A stretch of DNA of 64,000 nt, taken from the NCBI GenBank assembly GCA_027923505.1, contig BROI01000028.1, forward strand, positions 186,001 to 250,000. The letters are read 5' to 3'. This DNA is from Mayamaea pseudoterrestris. Taxonomy: Eukaryota. Of the stretch, positions 40,701-49,600 are shown piece after piece. The translations under genes were made by a program, and so were the position numbers. Under the pieces are notes generated by a model. That model saw nothing but the letters and a program-made list of their open reading frames with translations. It was not told where the DNA came from and ran no database searches. Each line of letters starts with the position of its first letter. Position 1 is the stretch's first letter.

Positions 40701-41490
40701 TCGGGGCGTTTCCAAGCTCGGGACTCGAATGCCTGCCTCGGTGCGCGTGCTCGACAACGAGCACTTTCGACTGGGACAGGCTCTTCGTCCAGCTTCCAGA
40801 TCGCCGTTTGAGACCATTTTAAAGCCAATATTGCAGTCGCTACTGCACAAGTTCGGTAATTTTGAATCAAAGAAAGTCACTTGTGCTACCATTGGATATG
40901 AAGGCTCGAGGAACGAAGTTCGATTGCAACAGACGTCTCTCGCCAAGCTGGCAAAGGAGCACGGTGGCATTCGTCTTGGAAGTCAGGTTGGCAAGGACGG
41001 TTACAATTTGACGTTTATGATTGCATACCTTCGAGACTTTGCCATGACTTACCACTTTCTTGGCGAGTCATTCGAAACGTTTGTGCCGTGGTCCAACGTT
41101 CAGCAAGTCGTGGAGCGTACCAAAGCTCGCATTTTTAAGGAGCATGCCGATCGATGTCTTCCAGGCAAGCCTTTTGTCGGCGCCCGCGTGACACAGCTTT
41201 ACCACGAAGGCGCTTGCATATACTTTTACTTTTGCATGAACTTTGAGAATGTGCCTGATCCCAGCCACGTTTATTCTGAAATTGAGCACGCGGCTCGTCG
41301 TGAAATCATGGACAATGGTGGATCTGTCAGCCACCATCATGGAATAGGCAAGGTCCGCGCCGAGTATCTCAAGGAAATCAATTCTTCAGCCTTTATGGAT
41401 AGTCTGCAAATGTTTAAAAAAGGCGTTGATCCATTGAACATATTCGGGGCGCGCAATAGTGCATTTGCGACCGACAAGCCCGAGGAGTAA
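34783..41490 (+). CDS. Ether-lipid multienzyme: ACBP - DegT-type PLP aminotransferase - TM - fatty acyl-CoA reductase - DHAP acyltransferase (GNPAT-like) - alkyl-DHAP synthase (AGPS)
   Basis: One uninterrupted ORF. ACBP: LRMYGLYK..GPC. DegT: VVHPFG, EDCAE, SFGWIKTATALGGG. FAR: TGSTGFVG, HCAASVSF, YTFSK, IRPSIV. Acyltransferase: HRSFMD, GAFFVRR, FIEGTRSR. AGPS: PFGGGT, GHEPDS.EFSTLGGW, GSEGCLG, CIYFYF, SHHHGIG. Confidence 0.92.
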   Translation: MTSNADADADKDLDAPTIPSTMQDLFEQVVGWIRDTPVTANMQPSTDTKLRMYGLYKHVHDGPCVGEQPSVLRVEALYKYKAYRACEMLKKEEAMEQYVQVAGAQNNWLGHKILTHYQSWCAAHGKYATSAVIPIASDSNSIATKMLSLLGIRPLVPRGQLDISVSDLLFAISSCCSLSGSLRSKEQAVQDLFASSSSDTHHAVVGLSARTLMDLYFCAKKYPKGSQLIMSPAINVPGVVAVLKHHDLEIVAIDLPMDANGQTRISVDCDAIESAVTAKTVAIMVVHPFGMPSASDKEMSRLRKLANEQNLSLMEDCAECFTGLSKDAFQPSTLADVNFYSFGWIKTATALGGGVALVSDDKIAKDMNRIQHSSYPLQSTWVILWRTVKGLWIHLMTASPVLFALFAYALNLVGLDLDAAVYAVIRGFSSPSPAERLRQIRQRPCAALLSMLNRRLKQSRNNVVPSVEARKRRCETVLKSLRTSNPDTVGHLDDSSTFWLFPIISKNPKRFCQALRKNGYDVTRGMSQLKCVDDGQSCPRASELMQSAVYLPISSRSMSDSQLCRLTELIQAAEPETSKPPLKAYNTWRVSWKTAVFVGAMLVMLSSLRYTMLFFINVFILLGLLALATSVILRWSVSDWYLDHSSNFVKYSHLLTGHDERKSDISSRNVLKAMDVLKVPANSLGETRKVFLTGSTGFVGSNLLRNLLLNRKELLIESVTLLCRSKRGQSARSRVDKLLSEPQFSFLSDDEKLSAVQVVEGEVSTPNVGLSETDYNAIIEDSKFTHVIHCAASVSFTQELPDAARTNIASSLHLQKLTAMITSGSAIFVHVSTAFVHGGDTGTAAEPLPEKLYSLGKYDPARLYSSMLGSQFYAAKAMHELGFHNSYTFSKCVCEHLLSRNSCVRTIIIRPSIVGPAVELPWEGWAGAKPSTIVAAACLYMAYQWNLWSFGNHRVPCIPVDILSSFIVAKVFAVEHIEDASEILVPSSADSDSARSSAISFEKIKRADSTASSSSDSWPDSAASQHSLDIYNAAWNGASPESSSFTWIDYAAAICQVGAITGYFSRPTAFVSLGFAKRIVPWASFSINSFRRLHALVVDIPFNTIKKMGNFFGYDTSLMKKLHPFLELPLLFYPFMNSKFYFDSDLTAPVELNGQRYMFSCTAAAHRFMVNDRNNTSENSAKPFLGSTDKIYSCRIAGSLHQQTCPDAWWALTQPEGGYFTRFAGWIIVKILRATCTEVTVDVDSFRSIITHLENEAEPMTVILAPTHRSFMDFIVLSYALFALPELKVKIPHIAAADDFERLPYIGWLATRLGAFFVRRGRKHKDPKLRDNLSSITNSATHHSPFIEVFIEGTRSRDRRFHRPKTGFLRCIQNQGPIVVAPITINYERVPDQHALAAEATGGLNKGLNVFSLINWLRRVSGGKVRLGRIHIAACQPISATDGSNQLDARILADMIQCRQQEQVCISDYHIKAASSLLKLKVETVEDAMRRVDCKFWPKTNAGSSLLDVPTDETELLTVLLQASPTLSKLFVESHPNWSNWLNRLNETTLDESLRGVDSVRQIIDSLVPMFDEADRCTGEALRILTEKGFSNPKPEHALQKTLTFSNKLPHGLIRASLAMKLHGSLVTYDETMPYFSDGAVAKQRIPNSDESLGFWGFHDSSFVVQTDSQGSPFVTMQGKRYTLSNARMRKILPFIQEEMNVKVDLFREAFLDNEKIAFPGCCIVAEDLELLKPTCLSVTYEERVRHGTGHCQEDVFAIRSGHLPRIPDLVVWPKTQAEVQSIVRLAKEKSWCLIPFGGGTNVSLATRCPSLEVEPRPIVSVDMRKMSKILWVDEENGLARVEAGITGRHLVEQMAQRGYTIGHEPDSIEFSTLGGWVATKASGMKRNKYGNIEDIVKAVRVIGPNGVLQHGSDGEVVWGREASGMDLCSVMFGSEGCLGIITSATLRIWPEPEVKDYDGFIFPDFEMGVRFARGVSKLGTRMPASVRVLDNEHFRLGQALRPASRSPFETILKPILQSLLHKFGNFESKKVTCATIGYEGSRNEVRLQQTSLAKLAKEHGGIRLGSQVGKDGYNLTFMIAYLRDFAMTYHFLGESFETFVPWSNVQQVVERTKARIFKEHADRCLPGKPFVGARVTQLYHEGACIYFYFCMNFENVPDPSHVYSEIEHAARREIMDNGGSVSHHHGIGKVRAEYLKEINSSAFMDSLQMFKKGVDPLNIFGARNSAFATDKPEE

Positions 41491-41636
41491 GGTGCAGCAA
41501 CTATGCGTATCATCGCGTATACTGTCAAGTAATAAAGATGATACGGCTTAGAGAATATAAAAACAAATTATGATGTTGTAAATGTACTCTTTACTGGAGA
41601 AAAAGGTAGGCTCAGACCAACTAATAAGCTCTTCCA

Positions 41637-42674
41637 CTAGCCTGAATCTGTGACATCGAATACAGAGCCGAGGCTGCACGGCAAAATCTGCGTCGTCGAT
41701 GGTGGAGCGTCTGACTCTGCTGCATGCCCGTGTGTCTCGTCCAAAGTGCCGCTAGATATGTTGGTAGTTTGCTCCAAGGTTGGCTGATAATCGGATCCGG
41801 CATTGTTGAAAATGTCATCGTCCGAGTCGTCGGCAATGTCAACCGCCAGTGCCTTTGTTCGGTCCTTCTCACGCTCATGTTTTACAAGAGGCTTCCATAA
41901 CGCATCTTTGATTGACTGCAGCAAGCTCGGAGTCACTGGACTCGCCTTTAGTACAACGCCAGTGTCGTCTGCATCCGTATGAAACGTCGCCAGTGTGCGT
42001 TCCATTGGAACGAGCCACGCGCGCGATCGGTTGCGAGGATCCGGCATGTCCGCCGCAAACTCCAAAATTGTCCGCTGCACAAGTCTACCAGCGTTGGTTG
42101 GAGTTGCTGCTGCGGCTGTCATGGTTGGCGCTGGCTGCAGCTTGGATTTGCAGTAGGCGAGCAAGTCGCGGCCCAGGTCGGTTTGCGCTTGAATTTGATC
42201 GTTTAAAATTAAAAACTCTGCTTCCTCCTTTGTATTTGGTACATGTGACAAGTTTTCTTGCGTTTGATGCTCTCGAACATGTTGCCGCTTCTTCAATCCA
42301 TGTGTCCACGCCTGTTCGAGATCGTCGTCGAGCGTCGGTGCGTCCTTCTCGTAGTGTCGCAAGTCATTGTCTCTTGTCAATTCGTCAGTTTTGCCTTCTC
42401 GTCGTTCCTTGGCACGGTCCCGATATGTAGATGCATTTTCTTGTTCCGATGTCATGTCTTTGTCTTCCTCCTGGTCGCCATCGCGTTGGCGCTGCTTCTT
42501 GCGTCGCTTGTCGCTCGCTTCCTCGTCGGAAGATCCATCTTCGTTATTACCGCCATGCCGCTGCTGCCGCTTGTTCTTTCGCTTAAAGTCGGACTCGACT
42601 GCTTGGCGAGCAAACTCCCTCGTCGAAGCAGTCGCTCGATGGCGCACGAGGGATGCAAAGGCGTCGTTGTTCAT
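41637..42674 (-). CDS. RED/IK-like spliceosomal protein (RED_N-like)
   Basis: The MNNDAF..L start and YRDRAKERREG motif are typical of RED N-termini. It is shorter than canonical RED. Confidence 0.6.
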   Translation of the reverse strand: MNNDAFASLVRHRATASTREFARQAVESDFKRKNKRQQRHGGNNEDGSSDEEASDKRRKKQRQRDGDQEEDKDMTSEQENASTYRDRAKERREGKTDELTRDNDLRHYEKDAPTLDDDLEQAWTHGLKKRQHVREHQTQENLSHVPNTKEEAEFLILNDQIQAQTDLGRDLLAYCKSKLQPAPTMTAAAATPTNAGRLVQRTILEFAADMPDPRNRSRAWLVPMERTLATFHTDADDTGVVLKASPVTPSLLQSIKDALWKPLVKHEREKDRTKALAVDIADDSDDDIFNNAGSDYQPTLEQTTNISSGTLDETHGHAAESDAPPSTTQILPCSLGSVFDVTDSG

Positions 42675-42906
42675 GATGAAAATGTGCGAAAGGGGATGCA
42701 CGAGAAACGCGATAGACGAACGTCGCACCGTTATTTCCCCGGTGTTGCGATGCGACATTCTTTTGCACGATTGATGAACCAACGACGAGGGCGGTCGTCG
42801 CTCACATGGATAAGTGCTGCTACCGGGGTTTCATACTAATGTAACGATAGCCATCACCTTAAGCTGTAATCGTTACTACACTTCTTATTCGTTGATCAAT
42901 GATATT

Positions 42907-44613
42907 ATGAGACCTGACACGAGCTGCATTGCCGTCAGCAAGACGGCGCGAGACGCGCTGCAGGCGAAGTGGTCGGCCGTTTCCGTCGGCAAGTACAACG
43001 TGGCATCCACAAACCATGACCAACAAGTATACCATCAAATGATTCATGCCATGGCGCATCACGCTAAAGCAACGAGGCCGCAGACTCCATTGGTGAATGC
43101 GGGATACGCCATGCGAGTCACTGTCATGCTCCACAACATGCAAAGTTACTTGCGATTTCATCGCGCCTTGAGCGGCTCGCTCCAACATGTGCAGATTGTC
43201 ATACTTGGCGCGGGCTTGGACGTTGCTGGCTTTTGGGCATTGTCGCAGCTGGAACATGATGATGATCAGGTGCATTTAGTGGAAATTGACGTGCACTCGG
43301 TGTGGCAGGCGAAGCGTGACGCAGTGACGTCGCTCAATTGGGTGGTTCCTTCCAACGAAGCAGACAACGCTCACGTTTGGCACGGCGTGCCGCAGGTCGG
43401 AAAAGGCCAGTGTCGATACAGTCTTGTTCATGCTGACCTTCGTGACACGTCAAAGTTGCAGGAAACTCTCTCATTCTTGCAACTTGACAATCCGACGCTT
43501 GTTTGCGCGGAGCTCGTCCTGGCGTACCTTGGCGAGCAACGTTGCGACGACCTACTGCAATGGTGCTCCAGCAACCTTTGTCGACACCCCATGAGCTGTC
43601 TCATTGCCTTGGAACCGCTCGGTAGTCAGACGCAGGAGTCAGTCTTGAGTGGCTATCAGTACAACTACGTGTCGCAATTCACGGCGAAACTGAACCGAGG
43701 CCTAGCTGATAACGGATCACACAAGGGACCGCTGTTTGATCCGTTAGGTGCGAATCGCGCGTCTGTCATTAGAAGAATGCACGAGAACGGGTGGACAAGC
43801 TCTAGGATTCTGACATGTGGTGATGCAGCCGCGGAAGCGGTTCAGTTTGGAGCTGACTTGATCTGCCGCGAAGTGTTTGACGAACATGCGGCGCTCCATC
43901 TTCATCTTCAGTCCTACGTGATGGTGCTAGGATTCAAGCACGAGACGGAACACTTACTCCAGCGATACATGAATGCCAAGAATATAAACGAACGTCCACT
44001 TGGTCGCTTATTGAAGGATGGTTCAAGGATTTGGTTAACCGAAATTGAACGCCAGGATGAAGCGGAACTACGCAGCCAGTTCTCGTCAACTTATCAACGT
44101 TATTTTGATACATACCCAGCAATCAAAAAGATGGTAAAGACGGCGTTGAGAAAAGACCTTGCCTCATCGTCAGTCGATGGCGATGATACTTCCAAAATCC
44201 ACTTGCACTATCGCAGCATTGATGGACACTTTCTGGTTGCGGTACAGTATCCTCCAATGAGCAATATAAACTCAATGACTCGGATACTGATTGGAGGTAT
44301 TGGCTGGCGCAAATTGTCACCAAAGGAGCAAGCCGCCCGCGGATTCCAGTGGACTAGCTATGAAATTCATCGCCTCGTCGTGGCACCGCACTCGCGGCGC
44401 CTGGGCGTTGCTCGTTGCTTGTTGGAGCGCGCGGAATCGTTGATTCAACATGGCACTCCAGCCTATCAACTAATTGCGACTACACCTGTATTCCAAGTGG
44501 ATGCCACTGCATTCTATCGAGGCAATGGATTCATGCTCTTGTCGGAAGCTGAAATGGGAAACATCACGCTACAAACATACTCAAAAATTACTAACATAGA
44601 GCAAGGTAGCTAA
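42907..44613 (+). CDS. Leucine carboxyl methyltransferase-like domain fused to a C-terminal GNAT acetyltransferase
   Basis: LCM: TARDA..AK, PLVNAGYAMR, QIVILGAGLD, ADLRD, AELVLAYL, FDE. GNAT: EIHRLVVAPHSRRLGVA...ATAFYRGNGF. Confidence 0.82.
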   Translation: MRPDTSCIAVSKTARDALQAKWSAVSVGKYNVASTNHDQQVYHQMIHAMAHHAKATRPQTPLVNAGYAMRVTVMLHNMQSYLRFHRALSGSLQHVQIVILGAGLDVAGFWALSQLEHDDDQVHLVEIDVHSVWQAKRDAVTSLNWVVPSNEADNAHVWHGVPQVGKGQCRYSLVHADLRDTSKLQETLSFLQLDNPTLVCAELVLAYLGEQRCDDLLQWCSSNLCRHPMSCLIALEPLGSQTQESVLSGYQYNYVSQFTAKLNRGLADNGSHKGPLFDPLGANRASVIRRMHENGWTSSRILTCGDAAAEAVQFGADLICREVFDEHAALHLHLQSYVMVLGFKHETEHLLQRYMNAKNINERPLGRLLKDGSRIWLTEIERQDEAELRSQFSSTYQRYFDTYPAIKKMVKTALRKDLASSSVDGDDTSKIHLHYRSIDGHFLVAVQYPPMSNINSMTRILIGGIGWRKLSPKEQAARGFQWTSYEIHRLVVAPHSRRLGVARCLLERAESLIQHGTPAYQLIATTPVFQVDATAFYRGNGFMLLSEAEMGNITLQTYSKITNIEQGS

Positions 44614-44688
44614 TGGTCATATCATTACTGTTAACATGTTATACAAGGTGACCAATCTTTCTTGACTTGCAGCGACGACAATTTATGC

Positions 44689-46173
44689 TTATGCTAGCGT
44701 CGCATCGACAAATTGCTTGAGAGCATCCACTGTTCGCACCTCGGATTCATACTTGACGACTGTTCCATCCGCCTTGATGACATTGACGGTAGGGAAAGAC
44801 TTTGTGTTCATGTTTTCCATGACAAACTCACGCTCCTCGTCGCCGCGGAATGTAAAGACATCCACCTCGCCGCCAACAGCCTTGGCAAACGCTTCATACT
44901 CGTCCTCCATCTTTTGCGAAAACGAGCACCATGGCGCGTACACGACAACGACAGCCGGTTTACCCGAGTCCTTGACCTGAATGGCTTCATCGACAGACTT
45001 GATCTTCTTAGCGGCACTCTTTCCATCCTCCCATACTAAAAAACGATGCCAACAAAAAAACATGAGTCAGATGCTATCGGCAGCAGCATCATCACCACCA
45101 CCACAACATATACTTACAGTCACGCTCCCAGGTACGCTCAGCGCCATCCACATGGATGCCGCATTCAGTCTTGGCCGATCCGTCCTTGGTCTTTAAACCA
45201 ACGAATCGACCGACGCGTTCCTTGGCATAGTCAAGCCAGATAGTCTTGTCACCGACCCATTCATAATTGACAAACTTGACAGATCCATCCTCAGGAACTG
45301 GAATAGTATCCTTGGCATCTCCAATACTAGGGTATCCCTTTTCGTGGAGCGGGTGGTATGGAATCTTGTACTTGACCATGTAGTCAAACACATCCTCCAA
45401 CGTCCAGTAAGCTAGCGGATTGCACTTGGCCAAGCCACCGCCAATTGGTGCATTTTCAAACAGATCAATCCAGGCGCGCTCAAAGCCTTGCCAGCGGGTA
45501 CGTCCATTGATCATGCAGTCAGTGTTGAGCGTCTTGAGGCCGCGTTGAAAGGGCTCCACCTTGCAGACGCGATCATACTCGTCAATGTCTTCCTTCCACA
45601 AGTCGGCACCGTATCGCTTGTCAAAGGCAGCCTTGTCATTGACGGGAATACCGTCGGCGCAAAACACTTCAGCCTTGAAATTGTACTTTGACTCGAGCTG
45701 TGTGTTGGGAGTGATGTCATGAGCAAAGGTGAGCAAGTCGATCGATTTAACACAAGCCTAAAGAAACCTACACCCCACACACTTACCGTCTTTAAAAAAT
45801 CCATTGTCTCTGGGAACAAGTGAAAGGTATCAACAACCATAATCTTGGCCTTGCCATTCTCTCCCAAGTAACCAAGTCGCCCCAAAAGATCGGTAATGAC
45901 ACAGTCACCGGCAATCATTGCATTTGGAAAAACAGCGTTTCCGTAATTCTCGCAACTAATTTTCAAAGCGTACATGGCTTGCTCCTCCAAATGAGCCAGT
46001 CGAAGTTCCTTGCCCTTGGCGTTGAACTGCTCCTGGTCAAAGGCAGCGTCGGCGGCTGCCATGTAGGTTGAAGAAGACGCGGCGCGAAGAAAGGAAACAT
46101 GTTTTTGAGGTGCAAACGCCTGGGACAACTGGAGTCCCGCAATGGCGAGAATGGCAATGGAAGTGAATAGCAT
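44689..46173 (-). CDS. Plastid APS/PAPS reductase (FeS-less, APR-B-like) with C-terminal thioredoxin-like domain; exons 46173-45787, 45697-45118 and 45035-44689
   Basis: SQAFAP presequence. Motifs VDTFHLFPET, KVEP, GYPSIGD and TECGIH. Thioredoxin-like YAPWCSFS...FPT. Confidence 0.88.
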
Positions 46174-46685
46174 GTTGCAGTTTCTCTTTGTATCAAGTGA
46201 GAACAAGCCTGGCTGAGTTAGGTAACAAGCCGATGGACGAGAAATGAACGAAAAGGATCAGCACGTTCGAAGATCCTTGCAGCGTCGAGCAGCGGATGAC
46301 AATCTTCTAAATCGAAGCGTGTGAATCGAGTCGTGGAGAAATGGATGGTTCCCATCGCCTGTCACAAATTGTCGCAGCGCCACTCATTCAGAACCGGTAC
46401 GATGCTAGAACAATTCGAATGACGCCACCGACATCACGCAAAATGAAGGCGATCGAAGAGCGCGACCATGAGTCAGTGCATTAATACACACAAAACGCTT
46501 GCAACTCCTTGTGATTGGACTGCAAATAGCCTACCGCAATCGCCACCAAACCTTGTTGTGGATAGTTTAGAAAGGATTATAGAAGCTCAGCTAGTGGACA
46601 AGTAGCAACAGTGAACCAACGAGTAGTAGAAGCCAGCATTTCCAATCAGAACAATCGCGCCTTCGCTTTTTCTGTTTCAAGCATC

Positions 46686-49600
46686 ATGACGGAACCAGTG
46701 AGCAGCGACAGCCACCACTCCGCCGAGATGATGGAAGTTTCTCTCAGAGACGACAAGTTCTTGGAACATGAATCAGCCAAGAAGGAACCACAATTGCAGC
46801 TGGAGCGATCATGCTGTGGCTTGCGCAGCAAACCAATTCCAAAGTCTGCCGCTGAACTTGGCGTATGGGAAGCATCGCTGGAGGACCGGAGTAACTGTAT
46901 ATCAAGATGGACGCTCGACTACTTGACGCCGTTGCTCAAGCTTGGCTCGCACAAGGTACTTGATGCAGGGGACATGGGAGTGCCCTCCAAGCAGGATTCT
47001 GCGGAACGCGCATATGCGGAAACGTTACGAATCTTCAAGGCGCAGTGCGTCAAGTGCAAAGCCAAGAATGAAGAGATTTTGGCCAAGCGCGAGGCAGTGC
47101 TAGCCAAATGCCAGACGGAGGAGGCGCGTCTTAAAGTCAAGCCGGCGAAGTTGCATGAACCATCGATAGCCTTTGCGCTAGCCAAGGCGTTTGGTCTGGG
47201 GCAGCTGGTGGTTGCTGTTCTTTACTACATTGTTGGAGCGATTCTCGGATTTGCTCCAGTCATTATCTTGAATGATCTTGTCAAGTTTTTCGAGTCTGGC
47301 CTTTCCATCAACGAGTATGATGGCTACGTGCATCCGTGGGCCGAGGTTGCCGCGCTGGCAGTGGTCCCAGTCATTATTACCTTGCTGCAGACGCGCCATT
47401 CAGTCATCATGTCACACTGCGCCGTCTTTGTGCGAACGGCCGTTAGCACCATGCTGTATCGCAAGGCGCTGCGTGTTTCGGCGGCGGCGCGAGCCAAGAC
47501 TAGCACTGGTCAAGTCATTAATATGATGTCGAACGATACTGCTCAGCTGCAGCGATTCTTGCAATTTGCCGGTATGATTTTGGTGGCACCAATCCAGATT
47601 ATCATTGCGTTGGTTCTCATCTTTCAGCAAGTGGGTAATGCGACGTGGGTGGGAGTAGGTTTCATGGTGATGTTGATTCCTGTAAATACCTTTATCTTTT
47701 CCATCATTTCCAAGCAACGCCGCGCAGTGCTCAAGTATTCGGACATGCGCGTTCGAACAATGAACGAAGTACTAGCAGGGATTCGCATTATCAAGTTCTA
47801 TGCATGGGAGCGTCCCTTTGGGAAAGAAATTGGACGGTTGCGTGGCGAGGAGCTCAAAGCTCTCACCAAGCTTGCTTACACTGTCGCGATTGGATTCTCA
47901 CTCATTTTGATGTCGGCGCCGCTGATCCAACCGATTCTGGTGTTTCTGACTTATGTTGGAATTCAAAGCGAATCGCTGACTGCTGCTACAGCATTTACTA
48001 CTGGTACGTGTTAATCGACAGTTGTTGCAGCCCCCCTGGACTTGATCTAACGCTTTATGCTTTTTCAATCGTAGTCGCCTTGTTCAACATTATGAGAATG
48101 CCATTCGCATTTCTTCCGATGGGTTTTCTTCAGTACATTCAATCGCGTATTTCATTGCGCCGACTGGAACGATACTTGGATCTACCGGAGCTCGAGTCTT
48201 ATGTTGAACACAGCGGTCCGCCGGACGACATGGACGATGCTGCCTCCAAGGAAGGCAGTGTTGCTATTCGGCATGGTAGTTTCAGCTGGATTAACCCTGA
48301 CAGTGAACCCATTCGCGCCGTGAATGAGCCAGATGTATCTCGCAAGGCGCGCAAGTCGAAGAAAAGCGTCCGATTTTCTGGTGTTGACCACGACATGAAA
48401 GTTAGCATTCATAGCTCTGTAAGCCAGGCCAGTCAAGCGAGCGAAAGTCCAAAAACAGCAACCATTACGCTGCAAGACATATCCTGCACGATAAATTCAG
48501 GCGAACTTGTTGCTGTTGTCGGTCCTGTTGGCTCCGGAAAATCTAGTTTTCTGTCGGCTATTTTGGGCGAAATGGAACCTATCAACAACTCAAAGGTTTA
48601 CATTTCGCGCCCTGCTGATGCGGCCCTTGGATATGTCTCATATTGTGCGCAAACGCCATGGGTCGTTAATGATACGCTGCGTGGTAACATTTTGTTTGGC
48701 CGAGAATACGACGAAGAGCGATACATGTCTGTTGTTGCTGCTTGCGCTTTGGAGGACGATCTTGCTATTCTACCTGCAGGAGACGAGACGGAAATTGGCG
48801 AACGAGGGATCAATCTCAGCGGCGGGCAGAAGGCGAGAGTTAGTCTTGCTCGCGCAATGTATTCCGGAGAAACGCGTATCGTGTTGCTTGACGATCCGCT
48901 GTCGGCTGTTGATGCGCACGTGGGCGAGCACATTTTCCAGCACGCAATATCCGGTCAGCTATGTGCCGGCGTCACTCGCATTCTTGTCACTCACCATGTG
49001 CATTTACTTTCGAGATGTGACAAAGTGATTGTCCTCGACCACGGGCGGATCGCGCACTGCGGAACATATGCAGATTTGGTCGCTCAAGGCGTCGAGTTTG
49101 CCGGCGCCGTCGACGCTTCCAAGGTAAAAGGCGTAACCGAGGATGCAGTAGTGGAGACTGAAAAGGATGTTGGAAAAGATATCAAGAAGGCGGCGGCTCC
49201 GACCATTGACAATTTGGCTGCTCTACAGAAGAACGGCAAAAAATTAGTCAAGGACGAGGAGCGTGAGGTTGGAAGTGTATCAGGCTCTGCATACATCAAA
49301 TATGCACGAGCTGGAGGTGAGTGGAACATTTTCACGTGGAGTTGCTAGTCGAGAGAGATTCTCACTTCGTCCCACTTGCCATTGTAGGATTGTGGATTGC
49401 CGCCGGAGTTGTCGTAATCCAAGGGTTGGGCAGGGTGGCGGAAGTCATGTCGAGTTTTTGGCTAGCGCTATGGGCAAAGCGGAGCCTAGCGGCGCAAGAG
49501 AGTGGCGATCCATTTTCTCGTCAAGAGCAAGACCGCTATCTTGGAATTTATGCTCTGTTTGGTATGTTGGGAATTCTAGGGCTCACAGGTCGCGCATTGC

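Noticed and set aside
24114..41490. FAD2 and the ether-lipid megaenzyme as a lipid gene cluster
   Set aside because: They are separated by petJ, a nucleotidase, a kinase and an annexin, and FAD2 is a housekeeping gene.
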